Positions 1 to 9,460 of a stretch of DNA of 64,000 nt are shown piece by piece (within the stretch, counting starts at the first letter, position 1; every line of letters starts with the position of its first letter). The translations under genes were made by a program, and so were the position numbers. Below the pieces are notes generated by a model. The model was not told the DNA's origin. It made no database searches and was given only the letters and a program-made list of their open reading frames with translations. The DNA comes from Alphaproteobacteria bacterium (GTDB lineage: Bacteria; Pseudomonadota; Alphaproteobacteria; SHVV01): the NCBI GenBank assembly GCA_965261735.1, contig OZ253470.1, positions 4,832,001-4,896,000 on the forward strand, read 5' to 3'.

Positions 1-379
1 GCTTGTGGAGAATTTGAAAGGCCGTCTCGTAGCGCGAAAGACCAAGTTGCCGCTGAAACTGCACGGCGGACATGCCGGGCGTCTGACTGGCGACCAGATA
101 AGCGGCCCAGAACCAGACGTTCAGCGGAGTGTGGCTACGCTCCATCACTGTTCCCACCGTCAGCCCGGTGTTCTGGCGGCACTTGCGGCAGCGCAGGACG
201 CCAGGGCGGTTTTCAAAGTGGAACGGCTCTCCCGCCGTGCCGCAGTGCGGGCAGGCAAAGCCGTCTCCCCAGCGGGCTTTCTCCAGGTAGGCGGCGCAGG
301 CCGCATCATCGGGGAAAAGTCGCTGGAACTCGGGTAGCGAATGCGGGAATGGGAGATCGGCGCGGTCGAGAACATCCAT
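1..379 (-). CDS. IS1595-family transposase, N-terminal part (runs off the window start; absent from the ORF track)
   Basis: Manual translation from ATG 379: MDVLDRADLPFPHSLPEFQRLFPDDAACAAYLEKARWGDGFACPHCG...CRKCR...TVMERSHTPLNVWFWAAYL...QRQLGLSRYETAFQILHK. Zinc ribbon plus HTH typical of IS1595 transposases. Confidence 0.9.
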   Translation of the reverse strand, partial: MDVLDRADLPFPHSLPEFQRLFPDDAACAAYLEKARWGDGFACPHCGTAGEPFHFENRPGVLRCRKCRQNTGLTVGTVMERSHTPLNVWFWAAYLVASQTPGMSAVQFQRQLGLSRYETAFQILHK

Positions 380-451
380 GGCGCGTTCCCCTATATCCGG
401 TTTGCGCCCATTCTAGCCCTAGTGGGTGTGGGTGTAACCCGGATAGGCAAG
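1..451 (-). mobile_element. IS1595-family element, left end near 447-451
   Basis: Transposase ORF; the terminal 35 bp (413-447) recur as reverse complement at 62576-62610 with 2 mismatches. Confidence 0.75.
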
Positions 452-560
452 GCTTGAACCATCAACAACAAGCGGCTTAACATCAATCCAAGATGAGCCA
501 GATCCTCCCTTATGAAACAGACTCAACAGTCCCAAATGTTTTGACGACGGACAGGCGCCC

Positions 561-1469
561 CTATGTCCTCGCCATCTTCTCGAGCTTGGTCGCGCGGATG
601 ACGTTTTGATCGAGGGCCGCGTCGGATTTCGCATCCATCCCGAAAGCGACGGCCATGAGCTGGCTGTAGAACACGACCGGAATGTTATGGTCGGTCCCGT
701 ACTCCTTGTTGACCGCGTCCTGATACATCTCGACGTTCTGCTGGCACAGCGGGCAGGGCGTCGCGATCACATCGGCCTCGGCCGCCTTCGCCGCATCGAG
801 GATCTGCTTGATGAGGTGGAGCGTCTTGTCGGGATTGATCACCGAAATGGCGCCGCCGCAGCACGAGGTCTTGACGTCGAAGTCGACGGCCTCGGCGCCG
901 ACGGCCTTGGTGAAGTCGTCGAGGAAGTCGGGGTCGTCGTAGGTGTCGTAGTTGCCACCGGCGTCGGTGTTGGCGAACGGCCTGACCGTTTGGCAGCCGA
1001 CGTAGCCAGCCACCTTGAGGCCGTCCAAGGGGTTGGTCACCCGCTCCTTGATGGTGTCGATGCCGACGTCGTTGACGATCACCTCGCAGGCGTGGCGCAC
1101 GTTGAGGTCCTCGTCGTAGGCGAGATCGCCCTCGGCCAGCGCCTCGTTGACGTTGCGCCTGAGCCTTACGTCCTCCTTGATCTTCTCGTTGACCGAATGG
1201 GTGTTGATGTAGCAGGCGGCGCAGCCCGTCAGCACGTCCTTCGGGCCCTGCTTTTGGGCGAGCGCCAGGTTGCGCCCCGATAGCACGGTGTTGGGCAGAT
1301 AGCCGCTCTCGACGTGGCCGACCGACGCGCCGCAGCAATTCCAGTCATCGAGCTCCTCGAGCTCGACGCCGATTTCGGGCGCGATCGCGCGCAGGGACTT
1401 GTCGAGGTGCGAGGCACTGCCCTGCGAGCTACAGCCGGGGTAGTAGGTGTATTTCTTGGGCTCGGTCAT
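561..1469 (-). CDS. hdrB: Heterodisulfide reductase subunit B-like protein (two CCG domains)
   Basis: YYPGCS, DDWNCCG, CCGG and TPCPLCQ motifs; directly downstream of hdrC. Confidence 0.9.
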   Translation of the reverse strand: MTEPKKYTYYPGCSSQGSASHLDKSLRAIAPEIGVELEELDDWNCCGASVGHVESGYLPNTVLSGRNLALAQKQGPKDVLTGCAACYINTHSVNEKIKEDVRLRRNVNEALAEGDLAYDEDLNVRHACEVIVNDVGIDTIKERVTNPLDGLKVAGYVGCQTVRPFANTDAGGNYDTYDDPDFLDDFTKAVGAEAVDFDVKTSCCGGAISVINPDKTLHLIKQILDAAKAAEADVIATPCPLCQQNVEMYQDAVNKEYGTDHNIPVVFYSQLMAVAFGMDAKSDAALDQNVIRATKLEKMART

Positions 1470-2086
1470 GATCCCGCGTCTCCGCTTTCACGCGCCTCGA
1501 TCTCCTTGGCCTTGCGCATGATGGCTTTCAGGCCCTTGGTGTCCTTGATCTTCTTCGGCCTGCCAAAATGCATGCGCCCGGTACGGAGCATGTTGAGCGC
1601 GATTTTCATGTTCCGCAGACCCTTTCCGACGCCCTCCCTGAGGCCGCCCGAAAAATAGTATGCGGCGGTCACCAGCCGCTCGTCGGTGCGGCCGTAATTC
1701 AGCGTGCTCCACCAGAACGACTTGGCGAACCGTGCGTTCTCGGAGGCCGCCGCCTTCGCGTAGCCCTGCTCGACGGCCTTGGTCATCAGGTCTTGGAGGA
1801 TGTTGGCGACCGGAATGCCGCGCGGACATCGCACAACGCAGCGGTAGCACAGCACGCAGTTGTGCATGGTGTTCGACGTCATCACCGCCTCTTTCATGCC
1901 GGCGCGGATCATCATGAACAGCTTGCGCGGCCCATGGTCCATTTGCGTGCCAATAGGACAGGACCCCGAGCACACGCCGCACTGCATGCACATGCTGAGC
2001 TTGTCGCCGCCGTCGACGTTGTCGTAGACCCACCTCGCGAAGCCGAGGTCGTAGGTACCCTCCGCGGCGGCGGCGGTTTCGGTCAT
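1466..2086 (-). CDS. hdrC: Heterodisulfide reductase subunit C-like protein, 2x[4Fe-4S]
   Basis: CMQCGVCSGSC and CVLCYRCVVRC motifs. Start at ATG 2086 (MTETAA) overlaps the qmoB stop. Confidence 0.88.
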   Translation of the reverse strand: MTETAAAAEGTYDLGFARWVYDNVDGGDKLSMCMQCGVCSGSCPIGTQMDHGPRKLFMMIRAGMKEAVMTSNTMHNCVLCYRCVVRCPRGIPVANILQDLMTKAVEQGYAKAAASENARFAKSFWWSTLNYGRTDERLVTAAYYFSGGLREGVGKGLRNMKIALNMLRTGRMHFGRPKKIKDTKGLKAIMRKAKEIEARESGDAGS

Positions 2087-4359
2087 CAGTGGACGCCCTT
2101 GAACGGGTTCGGATCGAGCTCTCCGATCCGCGCGACGAAGTCGTCGATCACCTGGGGCACGCGAGCCGAATCGGCGATGGAAATCTCCTCGGCCGCGACC
2201 CGCGCCGCGTCGAGCGCCATCATGTCGAGCGTGTCCTTCATCTTGGTCGCGCGCTCCTCGGCGATCCGGCTGCCCTTGATGAAGTGGCACTGATAATCGT
2301 CGGTCGATTTGCAGCCCATCATCATGACGCCGTCGAAGCCCTCCGACAGGGCCTCGGTGATCCAGGACACGCTGACCGAGCCCAGGCACCTGACCGGGAC
2401 GATCCGGACGAACGGGCTAAAGGACGTGCGCGCGATGCCGGCCATGTCGAGCGCCGGGTAGGCGTCGTTCTCACATGCGAGGACCAGGACGCGAGGCTCG
2501 TTCGGTGCATCGACCGGCACGTGGACGGAGCGGATTATCTCCGTGACCATGTGCACGCTGTAATTGTCGAACTCGATGGTCGACACCGGGCAAGCCCCCA
2601 TGCAGACGCCGCAGCGCCGGCACCGCGTCTCGGCCACCGCGGGGTAGCGGTCGGCGCCGACCTCGATGGCGCCAAACGGGCACTCCATCGAGCACCGGCC
2701 GCATTGCGTGCACTTGTCGAGGCCGAACTTCGGGATCGACAGGTCGCCCACCCGCGGATGGACCGCTGCCCCCTCCGGGGCGTTGCGGATCGCCTGAACG
2801 GCCTTGAGAACGGCCCCGGCCGCGTCCTCGGCGGCCTCGGCCATGGCCATGGGCGTGCGCACGGGGCCGCAGGTGTAGATGCCGGTGCGCCGGGTCTCGT
2901 AAGGGAAGCACACGAAATGGGAGTCCGCGAAGCCGTCGGCCAAAGCGGGCAGGTGCGGCCCCTGCCGGTACTGCAGGTTAAGGATCGCCCCCCCCGCGGG
3001 CAGTTCCTCGTCGGCGCGCGGCCAGGGGTCGGCGGGCTCTCCGGCATAGCCGGCCAACTCGAGCGGCGTCACCGGATTGATGTCGGAGCGCAGCAGGTCT
3101 TCGCCGCGATCCAGCTCCGGCGCCTCGGGGTCGGTCGTGTTCGGCACCATTCCGGTCGCCAGGACGACGAGGTCGAGGCCGGCCATGGGGATCTCCTGGC
3201 CGAGAAACTCGTCATCGACCAACACCGTCAAATCCGAGTCGACGGACTTGACCTTGCCCTTCATGAAAATGACGCCCGCCTCCTGGGCCTGGCGGTAGAA
3301 CTCCTCGGCCGTCCCCGGCGTGCGCAGCTCCTCGTAGATGACGTAGACGTTGGCCGCGGGCTCGGCCTCGAGGATCTGCAGCGCCTGCTTGATAGAGGTA
3401 CCGCAACAGATCGACGAGCAGTAGGGCAGATGGTTGGGGTCGCGCGAGCCTGCGCACTGGATGAAGGCGACGGTGCCAACCGGCCCCTCGTCCGACCGGC
3501 GCGCGATCCGGCCGTGGGCCAGCATCTCCTCGAGCTCGATGTTGGTGACCACGTCGGGCGAGGCGCCGTAGCCGAGGTGCCCGAGCTTGGCCGGATCGTA
3601 CGGGCGCCACCCCGTGGCCACGACGATGGCGCCCACGCGGACGTGGTCGTCCCGACCCTGGTGCTTGAGGTCAACCTCGAACTTGCCCGGCATGCCATCG
3701 GTTTTGGCGACCACCGCCTCGGTCATCACCGTGACCAGGGGGTCGCCCAGGACCGCCGCGATCAGGTCGTCGATGTCGTTGGGCTGGGGGTCGCGGTAGG
3801 GGGGCCGGTGGGGCATGCGCCGGCTCCACTTGCGCGACCATCCGCCGAGCTCGGCCGCCCGCTCCACCAGCACGACCTCGTGACCGAGCTTCGCCGCCTC
3901 GCGCGCCGCCGTGAGGCCCGAGAGGCCGCCGCCCACGACCATCAGGCGCCGGCTGAAATCGCCCTCCGTCAACGGCTCCGGCGCCGTCGCGTTGGCCGCC
4001 TGGGCGATCGCCATGCGCAAGGAGTCGGCGGCCATCTCCTGCGTACGTGGGTCACCGGCCGGGTGGGTCCACACTACCTGCTCGCGAATGTTGGCGCGTA
4101 CGACGTCGGTACCGTCGAAGGTGAAGCGGTCCGCCATCACGCGGTGCGAGCAGGCGACGATGATGGCTTGATCGATGGCGCCGGCGCCAATGTCTTCGCG
4201 GATGGCGCTGACGCCCTCGTCGCTGCACAGGCAGTCGTGCTGGCGGCACAGCGGCATCGCGAACTCGCCCGTGGCCACGTCCTCGAGCGCGTCGACCGAG
4301 ACGGCCTCGCCGATGCCGCAGCCTTGGCACAGATAGACGCCGGGTTTCCTGGGCTCCAC
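2086..4359 (-). CDS. qmoB: QmoB (HdrA-like flavoprotein with ferredoxin and C-terminal MvhD/FlpD domain)
   Basis: GTG start giving (M)EPRKPGVYLC; GGGLSG FAD motif; QCAGSRD..YCSSICC; two CxxCxxCxxxC; MvhD-like LACENDAYPA..VRCLGS..GCK..QCHF. Confidence 0.88.
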   Translation of the reverse strand: MEPRKPGVYLCQGCGIGEAVSVDALEDVATGEFAMPLCRQHDCLCSDEGVSAIREDIGAGAIDQAIIVACSHRVMADRFTFDGTDVVRANIREQVVWTHPAGDPRTQEMAADSLRMAIAQAANATAPEPLTEGDFSRRLMVVGGGLSGLTAAREAAKLGHEVVLVERAAELGGWSRKWSRRMPHRPPYRDPQPNDIDDLIAAVLGDPLVTVMTEAVVAKTDGMPGKFEVDLKHQGRDDHVRVGAIVVATGWRPYDPAKLGHLGYGASPDVVTNIELEEMLAHGRIARRSDEGPVGTVAFIQCAGSRDPNHLPYCSSICCGTSIKQALQILEAEPAANVYVIYEELRTPGTAEEFYRQAQEAGVIFMKGKVKSVDSDLTVLVDDEFLGQEIPMAGLDLVVLATGMVPNTTDPEAPELDRGEDLLRSDINPVTPLELAGYAGEPADPWPRADEELPAGGAILNLQYRQGPHLPALADGFADSHFVCFPYETRRTGIYTCGPVRTPMAMAEAAEDAAGAVLKAVQAIRNAPEGAAVHPRVGDLSIPKFGLDKCTQCGRCSMECPFGAIEVGADRYPAVAETRCRRCGVCMGACPVSTIEFDNYSVHMVTEIIRSVHVPVDAPNEPRVLVLACENDAYPALDMAGIARTSFSPFVRIVPVRCLGSVSVSWITEALSEGFDGVMMMGCKSTDDYQCHFIKGSRIAEERATKMKDTLDMMALDAARVAAEEISIADSARVPQVIDDFVARIGELDPNPFKGVH

Positions 4360-4373
4360 CTTGCCGTGCCCCG

Positions 4374-5648
4374 CTATCGGCTGGTGCCGCCGGCGACCGC
4401 CTGGACCGCGCGCAAGGCGGCTGCGGTCGCGGACTGGACCGAGGCGGCGACGTCGATGGGGCCACCCGCGACCCCGGCCGAGAACATGCCTTCCTCGCTC
4501 GCCATTCCCGGTACGATGAAGCCGTACTCGTCCGTCTCCAGCCTCATTTGCGGCGTGTGTTGGCCCGCTTCCGGCTCCATCCCGGTGGCCAGCACGACCA
4601 GATCGTAAGGCCTGGCGTAAACCTCGCGGGTGATGGTGTCCTCGCCGCAGACCACTGGCCTGCCGGTGTCGTCGGTGTCGATGTGGCCGGGCTTTGACTT
4701 GATGAAGCGGACCTGCGGATCGGAGCGGACGCGGTTGTAGAAGGCCTCGAGCTTTCCGTGGGCGCGGATGTCGATGTAGTAGATGTCGACCTCGGCGTCG
4801 GCGTAGCGGCCGCGCACATAGGCCGCGTGCTTGAGCGAGCCGAGACAACAGATGCCCGAGCAGTAGGGCAGGTAGTTGCGATCGCGCGAGCCGGCACACT
4901 GGATCAGCGCGACCCGCTTCGCCGGCTCGCCGTTCGAGGGCCTGACGATCGCGCCCGCCGTCGGTCCGCTCGGCGAGGCCAGCCGTTCCATCTCGACATT
5001 GGTGATAATGTCGGGGCTACGATCGTAGCCGTACGGTGTGATTTTCGCCGCATCGTACGGCCGCCACCCGGTCGCCCAGATGATCGCCCCGGCATTGATG
5101 TCGAATGTCGTCGGCTGTTCGTCGAGGTCGACGGCGCCGTATTTACAGGCCGCTTTGATGGTGTCGGCCTCGGGCGTACCGATGACGCGCGCGTCGATGA
5201 CGTAGCGCATGGGGAACGCCATCTGGTGCGGCAGGTAGGCTGCCCTGACCTTGCTCATACCGTAGTTGAAAGGGTCCGGGACCTCGGTTTCAGCCGCCCT
5301 GGCGCAATCGCCGCAGGCGGTGCATTTGGCGTTTACGTAGCGCGGCGTGGTCTGCACCGTGACCGTGTAGTCGCCGCGCGCGCCGGCGACGCTCGCCACG
5401 CTCGCCATCGTCACGAGCCTGATGCGCGGGTTTCTCCTGATGCGCTGGAAGTTGATTTCGAGCCCGCAGGTCGGCGGGCAAAGCTTGGGAAAGTATCGGT
5501 TGAGCTGGGCGACCCGGCCGCCGATCGTAGGACCGCGCTCGAGAAGGACCACGTCGCAGCCGACCTCGGCCGCCTCCACGGCGGCGGTGATGCCGGAGAT
5601 GCCGCCGCCGACGACGAGGATGGTCTGGCTCCTGGGTCCTTCGGCCAT
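4374..5648 (-). CDS. qmoA: QmoA (short HdrA-like flavoprotein)
   Basis: VGGGISG, YFPKLCPPTCGLEIN and QCAGSRD..YCSGICC motifs; 424 aa; directly upstream of qmoB. Confidence 0.9.
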   Translation of the reverse strand: MAEGPRSQTILVVGGGISGITAAVEAAEVGCDVVLLERGPTIGGRVAQLNRYFPKLCPPTCGLEINFQRIRRNPRIRLVTMASVASVAGARGDYTVTVQTTPRYVNAKCTACGDCARAAETEVPDPFNYGMSKVRAAYLPHQMAFPMRYVIDARVIGTPEADTIKAACKYGAVDLDEQPTTFDINAGAIIWATGWRPYDAAKITPYGYDRSPDIITNVEMERLASPSGPTAGAIVRPSNGEPAKRVALIQCAGSRDRNYLPYCSGICCLGSLKHAAYVRGRYADAEVDIYYIDIRAHGKLEAFYNRVRSDPQVRFIKSKPGHIDTDDTGRPVVCGEDTITREVYARPYDLVVLATGMEPEAGQHTPQMRLETDEYGFIVPGMASEEGMFSAGVAGGPIDVAASVQSATAAALRAVQAVAGGTSR

Positions 5649-5841
5649 CGCCTCCCCATGCTCTTGTTATGGACTGTGCGGCCGGAGACTCCGTATGGCC
5701 CTCACCCCTCGCTACATACCAGCTTCGCGGACCCCTCGTAAGGATTGTTTTCGGCGGTTAAGTGTGCTTATCGCGCGCCTTCTTCCTGTAGGATCGCGAC
5801 GCGCCGCACCGGTGATATCGTTGTTCGATAAAGGCTAGGAC

Positions 5842-6345
5842 TTGGCCATCAGCGTGCATCGCTTCTTCGTACGCTCCCCCGACGGGCGCCTGATCGTCGG
5901 CTTCGACGACGTCGACGCGGCCAAGGCGGTGGCGCTGGAGTACGGCGAGGGCGCGCATCTCGTGGACACCAGGGCCCAGGCCTATCATCCAATCGCTCAG
6001 GAGGTCAGCGGCGGCGAGCTGGTCTACGTCGATATCGGCGGCTGGGGCGCCGGAAAGCTCTCCGACGAGCGCAATCTCATCGAGGCCATCAAGAAGGGCC
6101 ACGCCGCCATCGTCCACGCCTTCCTCGCCAAGGGGGCAGATGCGAGCGCGCGCGACGATCACGGCGGCCCCGCTCTACTGTGGGCGGTGGCCCGGAGCAA
6201 GGCGGACATCATCGCACTCTTGATAGCCCACGGTGCCGACGTCGACGCCCGGGACGCTAAGGGGAAGAGCGCCCTCGACCTCGCCAGAGCGCGCGAGCAG
6301 CCGGCCCTCGTCGACCTCCTTCAGCAGGCGTCTGGCGCGCAATAA
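5842..6345 (+). CDS. Ankyrin-repeat protein with an unrecognised N-terminal domain
   Basis: Ankyrin repeats GHAAIVHAFLAKGADASARDDHGGPALLWAV...LLIAHGADVDARDAKGKSALDLA. Confidence 0.8.
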   Translation: MAISVHRFFVRSPDGRLIVGFDDVDAAKAVALEYGEGAHLVDTRAQAYHPIAQEVSGGELVYVDIGGWGAGKLSDERNLIEAIKKGHAAIVHAFLAKGADASARDDHGGPALLWAVARSKADIIALLIAHGADVDARDAKGKSALDLARAREQPALVDLLQQASGAQ

Positions 6346-6357
6346 GGCCGTGGCTCG

Positions 6358-6714
6358 TCAGAGCTTGGTGTACTTGGCGGCACTACCGCGTGCCTTCTCG
6401 ACCGGATATTTGGCCGCGTTGGTTTCGATCTTCTCGTCCGCGGCGGCGCCGAGGTCGATGCCGGCACGCTCACAGATCAGCAACAGGTAAAGCAGCACGT
6501 CGGCGCACTCTTCGGCGATGCGCGCGCGGAACTCGGGCTCGGACAGCGCAGCCTCGACCGCGGCGTCGTCCTTCCACTGCGTCAACTCCAACAGCTCGGC
6601 GGCCTCGAGATTCGCCGACAGGATGAGGTTCTTGAGGCCGTGGAAGCGGCGCCAGTCGCGCAAGTCGCGAAACGCAATTAGGCGGTCGGTGAGCTCGTCG
6701 AAATTCGCGCTCAT
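6358..6714 (-). CDS. MazG-like nucleotide pyrophosphohydrolase (dCTP diphosphatase-like)
   Basis: FRDLRDWRRFH..KNL..EAAELLE..EECADV..KIETNAAKYP; start ATG 6714. Confidence 0.85.
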   Translation of the reverse strand: MSANFDELTDRLIAFRDLRDWRRFHGLKNLILSANLEAAELLELTQWKDDAAVEAALSEPEFRARIAEECADVLLYLLLICERAGIDLGAAADEKIETNAAKYPVEKARGSAAKYTKL

Positions 6715-6866
6715 GGGGCGATCATTTTCCTCAAGCGCCGGCGCGGCGCACCCTCGACACGGCGGCGGGCGCGCACTACCCTCGGCCCGCTTTCCATAGG
6801 ACAAGATGGCCGCGGCGACATCAACGCATTTTGCCGCCCGGGAGCGCAGACGTGGCCAACGGCCGG

Positions 6867-7625
6867 ATGGTCATCGCGCAGATTAGCGACACCCACATCC
6901 TTGCGCGCTCCTCCGGCGAGGCTGTTGGCGAACAACGCGCGTCCAACCTTGCGCGCTGCATCGCCGACATCAACGCGCAGCGGCCCGACGCCGTGGTCCA
7001 CACCGGCGATATCGTCCAGCACGGCCTGCCCGAGGAGTACGCGCACGTGCGCGAGATCCTGGCGCCGCTGGAGGCGCCCTTGTACCTCATTCCCGGCAAT
7101 CGCGACCGACGCGAGACCCTACGGGCGGCCTTCGGCGATCACGCCTACTTCCCCGACGACGGTGACTTCCTGCACTACACCGTCGAGGATTACCCGCTTC
7201 GCCTGGTCGCGCTCGACTCGATCGCTGCCGGTGAAAGGAAAGGGGTGTTCTGCGCCGAGCGCCAGGCCTGGCTCGACGACGTGCTCGGGCGCGCGCCGGA
7301 CGCACCGACCCTGCTGCTCCTGCACCATCCGCCCTTCGATATCGGCACCTTCTACGTCGGTGGCTACCGCCGCGCGGACGACGCAGAGGATCTGGCGTCG
7401 ATCGTGGCCCGCCACCCGCAGGTCGAGAGGCTGCTGTGCGGGCACGTCCACGTGCCCGTCCGCACCCGCTGGGCCGGTACCGTGGCCACGACGATGCCGA
7501 GCGTCGCGGTCGACGTGCGCAAGGCGGTCGACGCTTTCGATGCCGGGGACTCGCCGGCGTACCAGCTCCACGTGCTGTCGGAGGACACCGGCTTCGTCAG
7601 CCACACCCGGATCGCCAGCGCCTGA
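6867..7625 (+). CDS. Metallophosphoesterase (CpdA/Icc/GpdQ-like)
   Basis: DTH, GD, GNRD, HHPP and GHVH motifs. Confidence 0.85.
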   Translation: MVIAQISDTHILARSSGEAVGEQRASNLARCIADINAQRPDAVVHTGDIVQHGLPEEYAHVREILAPLEAPLYLIPGNRDRRETLRAAFGDHAYFPDDGDFLHYTVEDYPLRLVALDSIAAGERKGVFCAERQAWLDDVLGRAPDAPTLLLLHHPPFDIGTFYVGGYRRADDAEDLASIVARHPQVERLLCGHVHVPVRTRWAGTVATTMPSVAVDVRKAVDAFDAGDSPAYQLHVLSEDTGFVSHTRIASA

Positions 7626-7682
7626 CGCAGACGTCTTGCGCGGGCGTAGCCTGATTTGTTAAGCCGTTGAGTTCTCTACGCC

Positions 7683-7772
7683 GGATGGGTGGCCGAGCGG
7701 TCGAAGGCACCGGTCTTGAAAACCGGCAGGGGCGAGCGCTCCTCGTGGGTTCGAATCCCACCCCATCCGCCA
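7683..7772 (+). tRNA. tRNA-Ser (anticodon TGA)
   Basis: Acceptor stem GGATGGG/CCCATCC, anticodon loop CTTGAAA, long variable arm, GTTCGAATC T-loop, encoded CCA; 90 nt. Confidence 0.97.
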
Positions 7773-7812
7773 GTTTGACCGGCACAGTGGGCGCCGGCCG
7801 CCGGCCGCCGGA

Positions 7813-8223
7813 TTACCCCGGCTGCTTCTCGATCTTGCGAACCGAGGCCAGGTCGTCGACCCAGTGTTGCTCCGAGCGCGACCATATCTGGACCTTGGGC
7901 ACAAGCTGATCGCGTTGTTGAATGGTGCCGACGCGCAGGCCGTGCACTTGCGCTGCATCGCCGTCCGGCGCGGCGTAGATCGGCGTGCCGCATTCCGGGC
8001 AAAACGCCTGCTGACGCTTCCTGCCGCTCTCGGCGGTCTTGACGTAGACCTTGGGCTCCCCCGACAGCAGCCGAAAGCTCCCCTCGGCGGTCGGGGCGAC
8101 GGTGCGATAAGACGAGCCCGACAGCGTCTGGCAATCGGTGCAGTGGCAGATCATCACCTTTTCCGGATCGACCTCCGCCTCGTAGGTGATGGCGCCGCAG
8201 TGGCAACGTCCGTAGACTTTCAT
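7813..8223 (-). CDS. GFA/CENP-V family zinc protein
   Basis: GRCHCGAI..CHCTDCQ..FCPECGT motifs. Confidence 0.88.
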   Translation of the reverse strand: MKVYGRCHCGAITYEAEVDPEKVMICHCTDCQTLSGSSYRTVAPTAEGSFRLLSGEPKVYVKTAESGRKRQQAFCPECGTPIYAAPDGDAAQVHGLRVGTIQQRDQLVPKVQIWSRSEQHWVDDLASVRKIEKQPG

Positions 8224-8341
8224 CGTGAGGCTCCTTTCGCCCGGCACATACGCTCTGGTCGGATCGTACCCAATCTGGGCCGGTTCGAACCGGGCCGCCA
8301 TCGATCAAGACGGCCCCCGCGGGGCTGCTCGCTGAACGAGC

Positions 8342-8758
8342 CTACACCGACGGCGTCGTGCACCGGCGCCAGATTTGGGGCTCCGCCGTCCCCTCGGGGT
8401 GTACTTGGATCATCAGGTCGTTCAATTGCTGCATCGTGGTGACGGTCCCGGGGCCGGGCTCGCCTTTTGGCACCGTGTAGGAGAAGGTGTGGCGGGTGTA
8501 GTTGCCCTCGATCCTGTTGCCGCCGGGGGTCACGATTTGCGGCCCCGCAATCGACATGTTGCGGCCGTCGTCAAAGCACCAATGGCCGTCTATCTGATCG
8601 GCGTGCGCCGCGGATGCGACCATCAGGAGCGCGAAGACGCTGCCGAACAGGACGGCGCCGCGGCGGCCGTGCCGCGCCACCGGCCGGGCCAACGGTTCGA
8701 AACGACGAGCGATAGGCCGGTGCTCCAGGCAGGCCATTATCGGTCTCCCAATCTGCAA
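8342..8758 (-). CDS. Hypothetical secreted protein
   Basis: Hydrophobic signal-like segment ending AHA, then a small domain with two Cys; true start uncertain. Confidence 0.6.
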   Translation of the reverse strand: MQIGRPIMACLEHRPIARRFEPLARPVARHGRRGAVLFGSVFALLMVASAAHADQIDGHWCFDDGRNMSIAGPQIVTPGGNRIEGNYTRHTFSYTVPKGEPGPGTVTTMQQLNDLMIQVHPEGTAEPQIWRRCTTPSV

Positions 8759-8922
8759 CGACCGATTATGCGCGGGCTTCGGTCAGATGAGCAAGGTGGC
8801 GGCCCGCCGGGTGCGCTTGCGCCGTTCGCCGCCATGTGCCATCAGCCACCCGTGTGCCGCGGCTGTCGTCCGGGTTGCCCCGAGGCTCCATGCCGCGATC
8901 TGTTTTCGAGGGGGAGGGATAA

Positions 8923-9441
8923 ATGGCGAGATCGCTGAGACGTGTGGTGACCGACCGTGACGAGGCGGGCAAGTCCTTTGTCGTTTCGGACGGGCCGGCG
9001 CCGACGGCGGCTCCCGGCGTCCGCCAAGTCGTGCTGTGGGCTGCGGATGCCATGCCGGCGCCCGCGCGCGGCGCGGCGGAAGTCGACGCGGCGACCTACC
9101 CGCTTCAGCCCGCACCCAACGCCACCAAGTTGTTGTTTTTCGAAGTGCAACCGGAGGACGAGTCGGTGTCCAGTGAGGACCAGGAGCGCATGGCGGCGGA
9201 GATGTTCGAGCGGATGGGCGCGGCCGATAGCCGCGGGGATACAACGCGCCACCCCTTCATGCACACCACGCAAACGCTCGACTACGTCGTCCTCCTGTCG
9301 GGCCAGGTGACCCTGCTACTCGACGAGGGCGAGGTCACGCTCAATCCCTTCGACAGCGTCGTCCAGCAAACGACCAACCACGCCTGGGTCAATCGCGGTG
9401 ACGAGCCCGCCCTGTTGGTCGCCGTAATGATCGGCGCCTAG
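8923..9441 (+). CDS. Cupin-domain protein
   Basis: RRVVT N-terminus; MHTTQTLDY...VQQTTNHAWVN. Confidence 0.85.
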   Translation: MARSLRRVVTDRDEAGKSFVVSDGPAPTAAPGVRQVVLWAADAMPAPARGAAEVDAATYPLQPAPNATKLLFFEVQPEDESVSSEDQERMAAEMFERMGAADSRGDTTRHPFMHTTQTLDYVVLLSGQVTLLLDEGEVTLNPFDSVVQQTTNHAWVNRGDEPALLVAVMIGA

Positions 9442-9460
9442 TCCCGCTGAGCGGCGGCCG

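Noticed and set aside
5-337. 110-aa + strand ORF
   Set aside because: Antisense shadow of the IS1595 transposase on the minus strand.
452-545. Short AT-richer stretch beside the IS1595 end
   Set aside because: Possibly a foreign gene remnant, but too short to assign.
2089-4608. 839-aa + strand ORF and similar long antisense ORFs (48536-50677, 25182-26783, 55403-56719)
   Set aside because: Shadow frames of real genes in high-GC DNA, with no recognisable motifs.
7683-7772. Possible tRNA-Sec, or tRNA-anchored genomic island
   Set aside because: The anticodon is TGA (Ser), not TCA. I saw no integrase and no repeat of the tRNA 3' end, and the Qmo/Hdr ORFs have no in-frame TGA.
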